A stretch of 64,000 bases of DNA from Vicugna vicugna (taxonomy: Eukaryota), in contig MU061579.1 in NCBI GenBank assembly GCA_013265495.1, forward strand, positions 1,083,159 to 1,147,158, read 5' to 3'. Of the stretch, positions 54,486-64,000 are shown piece after piece. How positions within the stretch are numbered: position 1 is the stretch's first letter; each line of letters opens with the position of its first letter. Under the pieces are notes generated by a model, which had not been told where the DNA came from, did no database searches, and was given only the letters and a program-made list of their open reading frames with translations. The position numbers and the translations under genes were made by a program.

Positions 54486-55850
54486 TAAAATATTTTCTCA
54501 ACCAGGTCTCAGTTCCAAAGGTCCCATCTTGCCACTATGTTTTTGTACAATCTATAATGAGCAGCTGGAGTCCCACACAAAAAATCTTTGCCTTCTCTGG
54601 GGTCCCTAGAGTCACATTGCCATTCTATTACTTACCAAGTAACAGATACTTGCTACAAAATTCAGAAGACCTATGAGACTTGTGCCTTCCAGAGCCAATA
54701 AAAAATGTGATTTATCTTAAATCTTCCTTTCTGGCATCTGTACATTAGAAACTGTAAATTATCAAAATCTTCTAGGGCAGCAAAGGAAAACATGAATGTT
54801 TTCACCTTTTTGTTGCCTATAACCTAATTCCAGGAGCCTAAATCGAGCCCAAGCAAAAATCTAAAATGCCTTCATATCCCCACTCTCTAATGTCAGATAG
54901 CTCCACTATGAAACAAAGGAATATTTAAACTCAACTCTCTTGGCATTAAGTGTGACGTTTGGACAAAGAGGAAAAGAAAGAATATCCAAGTCATTGTTTC
55001 CTGCTTTCAGTTCAGATCTCTTCAAATATGTGTGACTGTAAGACCTCTGTAACTCTTGCTTCTTCCTAAGGACTTAACACAATGTCTGAGTCCATTTGAT
55101 GGTGGGGATTCACAAAGTTTTCACCCTTCTTTAAGTCTTCTCTGATCAGTGAGAATAACAAGTACTGCCCTGTAAGTTTTTGTTAAGCTCCTGAAATCTG
55201 AGGACAACTCACTAATTCATCAGTTTGGTTTTTTTGCACAGATTTTATAATGTCAAGGAGTTTTAAGTCAGGAGGTATCGCTAAGTCCTGTTTATTTCAA
55301 TTATATTAAGTTCTTGCCATGTAGTTCAGACAGTCAGTTCTGGGACAATAACTTTGCTGACATCTACTACTTCCTCAGTATGTTCTGTTATTATCAACTG
55401 CAAGTTCCCTTAGATCCTTAGAGATATTAACACCAAGTGAAATATCTAAGTGATATTGGGCCAATAATGAGAATATAGCTACCCATACTCATCATTCACT
55501 TGTATTCAGTGGATGGTATTTTTTACCTTATGGTCATTGTCTAAATAATTGAATTGTTCTGCAGAAAGACAGGGTTTTCTCTATGTATCGTCTTCCCAGT
55601 TAGATAATTCTTAACTGCAAACAAAAAATGATGCATTAGTTAGTAAATCTGGTAGAGAATGGTATTGAGTTAAGATGGGTGGTTTTAAAATGTTTCTCAA
55701 TCACTTCTTAAGTCCACAGGTCCCATTTAGTCATTATGTCTTTCTACCACCCATAATGAACAACTGGAGTCACACCCAAGAACATTTGCGTTTCCTGAAC
55801 TCATACTTATATTCTATTATCTACCAAATCACTGGTTTTGCTAATCAACA
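54486..55850. repeat. Diverged direct duplication: copy 1 at 54486-54660, copy 2 at 55686-55850
   Basis: Shared words occur in the same order: taaaat, tttctcaa, aggtcccat, tatgt, ataatga, ctggagtc, attctatta, taccaa, ttgcta. ORFs 54476 and 55675 are similar (KYFLNQ..KVPSCHYVF..IMSSWS vs KMFLNH..QVPFSHYVF..IMNNWS). Confidence 0.85.
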
Positions 55851-56299
55851 TTTTCTATATACAGCCCTATATTGAGTATCAGCTAACTTCACACCTGAAT
55901 TGCCCTTTTTTTTTTAACCTTTCTCCTTTTATCTATTATAAGTGCAGACTTACATGGAAGATTCAGTAGGAAAGATTTCAACTTGTGGTAATAATTTTTG
56001 AGGAACTAACATCAATTGGCCTGCTCATGAACCAATTAGACAGTAGAATGAGTTATATGAAATGGTTTTAACTTAATTTTTCTCTATTCTATAGCAGAGA
56101 TAAGAACATAATGCCTTTTGTAACACAGAAGACAATATGAAGAGCTCTGCTTGGGGATTATCTTTGTGTTTATGTTGCTTCTGAATGCTTGCTACCTATG
56201 CGTATCTTTCTTACAGATGTCATCAGAAACGTTATTTATGTGTTTTTTCTCCTTATTTATAAAATTAATATTCCTGGAGGATGCATTTAACTATGTGAA

Positions 56300-56530
56300 A
56301 TTTGGAAGAATGGTACAAAATTAAGAACAGATATTTTGGATTCAGACACCTGTAATAAAATTTCCTATATGGTTTTTGAATTAATTGTGTGATTATGTGA
56401 AAGTACACTCCTTCAAATTTGTCTTCAATTCATTATTGTATAAATGAGGATGACAAAACATATTCCATTTTTATTATGGAAATTAAATGAGATAATATAT
56501 ATAAAGGACCTGTAATACATGTATTTACTC
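56300..56530 (+). mobile_element. MIR SINE
   Basis: ttttggattcagacacctg..tgtgtgatt..ttcattattgtataaatgaggatgac..attaaatgagataatatatataaag. Confidence 0.7.
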
Positions 56531-56732
56531 AGCACATGCTCCCTCTTATTCTCTCACATGAAGGCACAAGGAATCTGTGTCATATTAATCCTAAAATCTT
56601 TTATTGTATTTTTTTCCATGAAAGAAAAGATTCAGTTTTTAGTTAATTACCTAAACTACAAAAAATTTAGAGGTTGTTGTCAAGAACCAACTTTAAAGAA
56701 GAATATTCTGCTTAAATGTCTTGATCCTCAAA

Positions 56733-56782
56733 GCTGACTTACAATGTGTTAATTTCTGGTGTACAGCATAGTGGTTCAGTTT

Positions 56783-56830
<48 letters not shown>

Positions 56831-56920
56831 AACTTTTCACATTCTTTTTACTATAAGCTATTACAGGGTATTGGATATAGTCCCATGTGTTATACAGTAG
56901 GACTCTGTTGTTTATTATTT
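56733..56920 (-). mobile_element. Cetartiodactyl L1 3'-end fragment containing (CA)19 at 56787-56824
   Basis: ttacaatgtgttaatttctggtgtacagcatagtggttcagt..tattggatatagtcccatgtgttatacagtagga. Confidence 0.85.
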
Positions 56921-57599
56921 TTAAGGTAAAGTAAGTACACTGTGTGATATAGGCTCAGAAAGTGAGGCAGTTTTTTAATTTAGCTTAATATGGATATCTT
57001 TTTTCTCTAAATTAGTTTTGGCTTAGTTACTCCATTATTTCTCTTTCAAAAACCAAAATTCTGAAATTCTCTGATTGTGTACAGTTAATATAATATCCAT
57101 GTATACTTTTAATACATAGTTGATGGTTTATAATTGTGAAAAAAACTATACATGTTTTCCAGATACAGAGTGGTTTCTAATACGATAAATTGATGGGACT
57201 TTTAGAGAAATGTTAAGATAACCCAACAGAAGAAATAGACTTTGAGTGATTTTTATCCCCTTTCACTTGATTTTATGAAAATTATAAAGTAAAATAGATG
57301 TAGTTCACATTGAATATTAGGTTTCAACCATATACAAATAGGGTGAGCTTAAAGAAACTCAAAGATATAATTTAATGTCATTATTATGTTGTGGCTATAA
57401 TTTTATTACTTTTCGGGATCTGTTATAGTAACCAACTAATTAGCTCAAAGTGTTGACAAAGAAGTTGGCTGATGAATAGTCCAAACTATTCTACAACGGA
57501 GTGATCACATATGATAATTTTATTTTCTCTCTGGCTAGCTGAAGCATTAATAACCCTGGCCACCAAAGGAAAATGATAGAAGACTAACAGTTCATCACT

Positions 57600-58066
57600 T
57601 GTGGTGGGCAAAATAATGGTTCCACCAAAATGTGCACATCCTATAAATGTGTTAGGTTACATGGTAAGGGGGAATTAAGATTGCAAATAAAATTAAGATT
57701 GCTAATCAGATAACCTTTAGCTGGGGGAATTATCCTAAGATCGCCAGAGTCCATAAATGTAAAAGAAGAAAGCAGAAGAGTCAGTGTAAGAATGATGTGA
57801 TGAGAGAACTACTCAGTCATTGCTGACGTTGAAGGTGGAAGGGGTCCATAAGCCAAGAAATGCATAGAACTTCTAGAAGCTAGAAAAGGCAATAAAAAGG
57901 ATTTCCTCTTAAAGCCTCCAAGAAGAAATATAGCTCATTCAACACTTGAGTTTAGGCTAGTAAAACCCCTTTGGACTGTTGACCTCCAGAGCTATAATAT
58001 ATTTGTATTGTTTTAAACCACAAAGTTTGCAGTAATTTGTTATAGCAGCAAAAGGAAATATATACA
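57600..58066 (+). mobile_element. Solo MaLR LTR (MLT1D-like), near complete
   Basis: tgtggtgggcaaaataatgg..ttacatggtaagggggaattaagattgcaaat..gacctccagagctat..aaccacaaagtttgcagtaatttgttatagcagca..ataca. Confidence 0.9.
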
Positions 58067-58574
58067 TCACACGGGTCTTATCAGTAGCCTTGATGTTTTG
58101 CCCCTTGTCATTCTCCTATAACTACGTTATCAATCTTGAATGATTCATTTTTTGGATTCTACTCTGGAGTTTATATGATCTATTTGCGATAATCAAGTAA
58201 TTGTGCCAAATAGAAGAGTAAGCACAGGATTATGGTGGTGGAGCGGGGACCTGCTATTTTCTTCACTGTTGATTTCTAATACCACTGAATAATAATCAGA
58301 TTTCCTCTTCTATGAATTATGAATGTGAATTTTAAAGATTTGAAAATATTCATCTATCATTTTTTTGTGGTTGGGAAGAGTGAGACAGTTTCTGTATATA
58401 CACGCTTTTGAATCTAGATCCGAAATTTTATCATTACAAATTAATTGTTAAATTTCCACTCTTAAGGAACATTGTAATGTTGTTTAAAATCTATTTTGCT
58501 TGTGCCTGCATTGGCTTCATCTTCTATGTCATGAAGCATTTGGACCAACCTGTTCTATTCAATTGACGTAACTT

Positions 58575-58780
58575 AGTACCATGCAGTTAAAAGTATGGAC
58601 TCTGAAATAAAACTATTGTTTTTGTCCTTACAAATTGAGTGATCTTGGCCAGCTTACTTAAGGTGTCTGTGATTTAGCTTTCTCATGTGTGAAATGAGTA
58701 TTCCTAACGTTAACTACCTTGTAGTTACTGAAAATTAACTGCAATCATTACTAAGAAAATGTCATATAGTAAGAACTGAG
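58575..58780 (+). mobile_element. MIR SINE
   Basis: gttaaaagtatggactctga..gagtgatcttggccagcttacttaa..tttctcatgtgtgaaatgag. Confidence 0.75.
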
Positions 58781-60738
58781 GAAAAAAGATGAACTCTTTA
58801 ATATATAATATTATATATATTATAATATATAATTATATATATAATGCATAATATGATCTCTTAATTTACCAAGTATATACTATTAGGCGCAAATATCTCC
58901 AACTGTTTTCCCCTCTCTGTCTAAATTTACCTACCCTTCCCTCCTATATCAAGGGGAAAGTTGTCACTATGACTATCTAGAGTTGGTTTAGGAAGCAAAA
59001 TGCAAACACACTGCCTGCCTATTCCTTAAGGAAATGGCCTGTTTCTCCTCCTCCAGTGTATCTTGATTAACAGGATAGCAGCTCAGCCTCCCTACCTAGC
59101 AGCTTCAAACACACTACTTACTTCATCTTTCAAACATCACATTTCCCCCTATTACTTAATTATTAATTCAGGATCAACTGAATAAACTCTATGCCGTGAA
59201 CTAAAACTCAGAATGTCTAAATGAATGAATGAGACAAAAATCTAGCATATGGACATAAAATATAGTTAAATAAAGGAAGACCAGAAGTTGCACTTTTGTT
59301 GTGTGTGTGTATGTTTTTAAATGTGCACTGTAGTAGGTATTACGTTTTACTTCCTGAGAGCCTTTCTATCTAAAATGATCCATCTAAACCGTACTGTTAA
59401 TGACAGCCCACTGATGTTGAAAGATTCATGAATGACCATTGAATCCAGCTCTCACAAATGAGATAGGAGGATTCAGCTACTGCGTTGCTCTGGCAAAGTC
59501 TCAATCCTAAGTGAGAGCCACAGAAGGGGATGGTTTTTCTTGTTTCTTTGGTTATAATCGCAACTCTCTCAGAATCTCTTATCACCCAACTATAGAATTC
59601 TGTTTTTCAAGTATATATATAGCCATGATTGTTTACTTTAGGACACTTTGATACATCATTTGCTTATATTTATATTATACAATTGATCAAATATGATTAT
59701 TTTCTTTAATATTTCTCTAATATCTTCATTATGCATCAATATGTAATAACATATATTTCCAAAGATAGATGTTAATATTCCATTGAGAGAGAGATCAGAA
59801 TTAACTTTACCTTTCTTAATCCTTGTTGATCTTTATTACTATGTAAAATATCAAACATAAAAGCAATAAAATACCCTTTTTATCATTAATTTATAAATAT
59901 CCAAGAGAAAGCTTTTTTAAACAAATTAGGAAGAAGTAGAAATAGAAAACTACAAGTTTTAAGATAGATTTTTAAATGTTTAATATTTGAAAAAAATATA
60001 ATTACAAAAATGTTCCCAAATCATAAGAACTCAATTGCTTACATAAACTTTGATTTTTCAGATAAACTGTTTAAAGACAAAACATTATATCCTTGATCCT
60101 AGTTGCCAATATAATAAAATAAATTTACAATGAAAAATACTTTTTGACTTAAGCACTATGTTATATTAAAAGTGATAAACAGAAATTTTACACCATGACA
60201 GTTTAGCTGTTCATTTCAAATGACAGTTTCATATCCAGTATCTTATCACAAAAATTAAGAACAAGCGAAATAGTGATATGGTCAAAAGTCACAATATTTC
60301 ACATGTAGCTAATTAAAACTTTTAATAAATTGAACATCAAATTTAAAAATAAAATTATCTGCTATGGCAGAGTAAGACAGCTTTTAACTCCAACGTCTAA
60401 ATAGAAAAAGGTTAATAAAATTTATAATGCACCTAGGTATCTCATTTTATGTAAATTATTGATAATTTGCAAATTCACATATTAAAAGGTATGTATTTAT
60501 CTTATTTTTATTTTCTGAACATGGCAAAAGACCAAATTTAGCATTTCACATTTCTAAAATTCTGGACATTATAAAGAACATACATATACATACATTTTTC
60601 TGTAAACTTGTCTAAATTCAAGCACAGCTGTGATTTCTCAAATCTACAAAGTGGATAATAGATTTCCATTAGTTGCTTGGCAACATGCTTTATGTTCTGC
60701 AACTGAATTTCATATTGATGTTTTATTTTTAAAGTTAC

Positions 60739-60799
60739 CTGCATGAAATTGTTGAAAACCTGAGCAAGTATAGCTAAGGTCTCTGAAGGTTCTATGCTC
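60739..60799 (-). CDS. Candidate internal exon (61 nt) of an unidentified minus-strand gene
   Basis: Minus strand reads aaacttcag|GAGCATAG...TTCATGCAG|gtaact. Two frames are open: xSIEPSETLAILAQVFNNFMQ (phase 2-0) or EHRTFRDLSYTCSGFQQFHAx (phase 0-1). It is more GC-rich than its very AT-rich unique flanks, but the pyrimidine tract is weak. Confidence 0.35.
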
Positions 60800-62190
60800 C
60801 TGAAGTTTATTGTTTTGAAGAAAATTATTTATTAGTGTTAAAAAACTGCTAATTTGCTAAATTGTTGCTGATTTCTTTTTCCCAGTTATAACCTACATAC
60901 TCAAAAATTTAAATTTAATTAACTTATTACTTCAAATTATAGTAGTGAAAATTATATTCTAGTACTGAAACTTAATTCTATATTTAAAATATGGTTTTCT
61001 CACACACATATGTACACATACAATATAATGTTAACACACATATATATGTGTAATTTTAATATGTGTATATCTACATATACACATGTATATATATACATGT
61101 TTGTAGATAGACATACAAAAATATGTATATATGTAATGAGTAGTAGTATCTCTTAATAGCATAATTTCAGGGATTCTAAAAATTATCTCTTTCCCTATAA
61201 AATCTCTTGATAAAATGCCTGGATCTCTACTTTCAAAGCCGTAGTTCTTTCTGTTACAAATTTGTGTTTTAAAGACAAGAGCTCTAAAGTAATAATACCA
61301 GCCTAAAAAGATGTCACTAATAGTTGGAATGGAATTCATCAGGCTACTTTTGTTTACAAATAGACAAGAATCAAGAAGAGAATGTGAGATAGGGTGGGTG
61401 CATATTACGTTTCAAGTGTGAAGATATAGGTCTGCATAAAGCACAAGAATCAAGGGATTTAACATTTCGGCTATAATTTGATATCAGCTGGACCTCTTGG
61501 TAGGTAAATCTAAAAACTGGAAAAAAAGGAACAATAAGAGAAGTGAAAAAGCACTAAGGTTCCTGAGTTGTAACTTTCCTTTTCCATGTATTGGCATTAA
61601 TACTTCACTACCTCCTGCTTTAGGGCTATTATGAGATTCTGTGTTTTACTGTTGAGAATAATTTGGGTAAAACATTTTTTGTAACAGTGGTCTATAAAGC
61701 CCCATCTCTTTTCGTGCATTCAGTCCTATCCTTCATCTGGTCCTTAATTTGTTTGTTTGTTTCTACTGATGAGTGCCCAGCGACATACGTGCCCCAGGTA
61801 TTTTCACGATTATATTTGTCGTTGATATTGCCTGGCACTGGCACCCTTTCGATTTTCATTTTTTGAAAAGGGGAAAGACTTCCTGCCATTTCCTGAGTCT
61901 GAAACTCCCCTGACTTTATTTTTTCCCCTCCCTAGCAGAACATTTAGAATATTTTCAGTCCTAGATCACATTTCTTACCTTTCAAAGCCTTTGTGTTTCC
62001 TTTTCCTTACTATGCAATTTTCTATTATCATGCCATCCTTGACCATATGGCAGTAAGACGTTTATATATTTACACCTGCCACTCATTGTATTTGCCACTG
62101 TGGCAGGAATTTTGTCTTAGTTTTAGCACCTTTAATACAAAAAGTAGAATAAACACATACTACTTTTAAATTTAAGAATCATACTTAGGC

Positions 62191-62830
62191 CACCATGGTT
62201 TCTTTTTTTTTTTTTTTTGCCCACCTGTTTGTTCCTTTTTTTTTTTTAACATTTTTTATTGATTTATAATCATTTTACAATGTTGTGTCAAATTCCAGTG
62301 TTCAGCACAATTTTCAGTCATACATGGACATATACACACTCATTGTCACATTTTTTTCTCTGTGAATTATCATAACATTTTGTGTATATTTCCCTGTGCT
62401 ATACAGTGTAATCTTGTTTATCTGTTCTACAATTTTGAAATCCCAGTCTATCCCTTCCCACCCTCCACCCCCCTGGCAACCACAAGTCTGTATTCTCTGT
62501 CCATGAGTCTATTTCTGTCCTATATTTATGCTTTGTTTTTGTTTGTTTGTTTGTGTTTGTGTTCGTTTTTGTTTTTTAGATTCCACATATGAGCAATCTC
62601 ATATGGTATTTTTTTTTCTCTTTCTGGCTTACTTCACTTAGAATGACATTCTCTAGGAGCATCCATGTTGCTGCAAATGGCATTATGTTGTCAGTTTTTA
62701 TGGCTGAGTAGTATTCCATTGTATAAATATACCACATCTTCTTTATCCAGTCACCCCAATGTTCATAGCAGCACTATTTACAATAGTCAAAACATGGAAA
62801 CAGCCTAAATGTCCATCACCATGGTTTCTT
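62191..62830 (-). mobile_element. Young camelid-type L1 insertion: 5'-truncated, 5'-inverted, with two poly(A) runs and a perfect TSD
   Basis: TSD caccatggtttctt at 62191-62204 and 62817-62830, followed by aaaa. T runs lie at 62203-62218 and 62236-62247. The antisense L1 3' end runs to 62753, and a sense-oriented L1 segment spans ~62754-62816. Confidence 0.95.
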
Positions 62831-63159
62831 AAAATGCCCTTTCTTCATAAGACACATTTATTCTTTTTTTGATCTGTTTAAGTTGTCAATCTTGGCCAAA
62901 ACATGAATTGCCACTGATATGGCTCCTTGACAAATTTGTTCTGATTCTCACTGTTCCTATATGCAGGGAAGTCCCAATAATTATTACTGTGCTACAAGAG
63001 TGTTCTAAATTTACATTCAAGTTTGTAAAGCATATAATCAGTGCAGACTACATGCTACATGTTACAGAAAACAAAATCACAATTTTTTGCACATTGCAAT
63101 GCAATTGCTCTTAAAAATATCACAATCCAGATTAGATCCAGCTGGAGGATGGGATATGC

Positions 63160-64000
63160 TTTCATGTTGCTGCCTAGCGTCTTTTTGTTTCACCTTGAAA
63201 GACACCTGCTAGCATTTCTTGTAAGTCAAGTCTTTTGTTTATCTGAGAAAGTCTTTATTTTTCTTTCAGTTTTGAAGAACACCTTTCTCTAGGTGTAGTA
63301 TTCTTTGTTCGCAGGTGTTTGGGTTTTTTCCTTCTTTTTCTATTTTCAGCACTTTTGAATATCTTATCCCACTTCTTTCTGGTCTGTAATGTTTTGACTG
63401 AAATAACCACTGATAACCTTATGGGAGCTTCCTTGTACATGAGGAGTCATTATTCTCTTGCTGCTTTCAAGTTTCTCTTTTTGTTGTTCAACTTGGCAGT
63501 TCTGTGACAATGTGTCTCCGTGTGGGCCTCCTTGAATTTATCCTAGGTGAGGTCCTTCCAGCTTCTTGAAACTGGATTTCTATTTCCTCCTTCAGATTTA
63601 GATTTGTGCCATTTTCAGCCACTCCTTTCTTCAAATAAGTTTTCTCTCTCTCTCTTTTCCTCTCTTCTCTTCCTGGGAATCTTTATATATATATAGAGAG
63701 AGAGACATTTTGATGGCGTTTCATAGGTCCTCCAGTTGATCTCACTTTTCTTTCCTATTTTTATCTTTCTCTCCCCTGCAAATCAATAATTTCAAATGAC
63801 TTGTCTTTGAGTTCACTGATTCTTCTTCTTGATCAAATCTATTATTGAATCCATCTAGTGATTTTTTCGAGTCAGTTACTAACTCTCAAGCTACAGAATT
63901 TCTGCCTGCTTCTTGTGTACAGTTTCTGCCTCTTTGTTGATATTTTCATTTTGTTCATGGATCATTTTCTTGATTTTATTTAGTTGTCTACCTGGGCTGT
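63160..64000 (-). mobile_element. Older L1 ORF1 region, continuing beyond the window
   Basis: ORF 63255-63440 YKEAPIRLSVVISVKTLQTRKKWDKIFK matches L1 ORF1p YKGxPIRLTADxSxETLQARRxWxxIF. Confidence 0.9.

Noticed and set aside
2567..58066. Recurring ~480-bp homologous segments that might suggest an array or paired proviral LTRs
   Set aside because: They are independent dispersed MLT1D-like solo LTRs in both orientations, with no internal sequence or regular spacing. No CRISPR-like, rRNA or tRNA feature was seen in the window.

Overview
This is AT-rich, CpG-depleted mammalian DNA that looks intronic or intergenic. It is most likely from a camelid. The L1 3' UTRs are of cetartiodactyl type and resemble camelid L1s as I recall them, and I saw no Bov-B, Bov-tA, CHR or PRE SINEs. 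A large share of the window is transposon-derived: L1s of several ages (including one near full-length copy), L2, MIR, a probable CR1/L3, MaLR/ERV LTRs and hAT MITEs. None of the supplied ORFs is a credible intact gene; they are L1 fragments or chance ORFs. The best-supported observations are: (1) an old, intronless, frameshifted CDT1 retrocopy on the minus strand (~20.0-21.0 kb), directly downstream of a same-strand MER67-like LTR; (2) a young L1 insertion at 62.2-62.8 kb with a perfect 14-bp TSD, a twin-priming 5' inversion and a 17-nt candidate 3' transduction; (3) two candidate minus-strand coding exons (3475-3594 and 60739-60799) of a host gene I could not identify; (4) a diverged ~170-bp duplication whose copies start 1200 bp apart. 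I found no evidence for a new multi-gene biological system. Repeat subfamily names come from recalled consensus sequences, not a search, and repeat boundaries are approximate unless exact bases are quoted.
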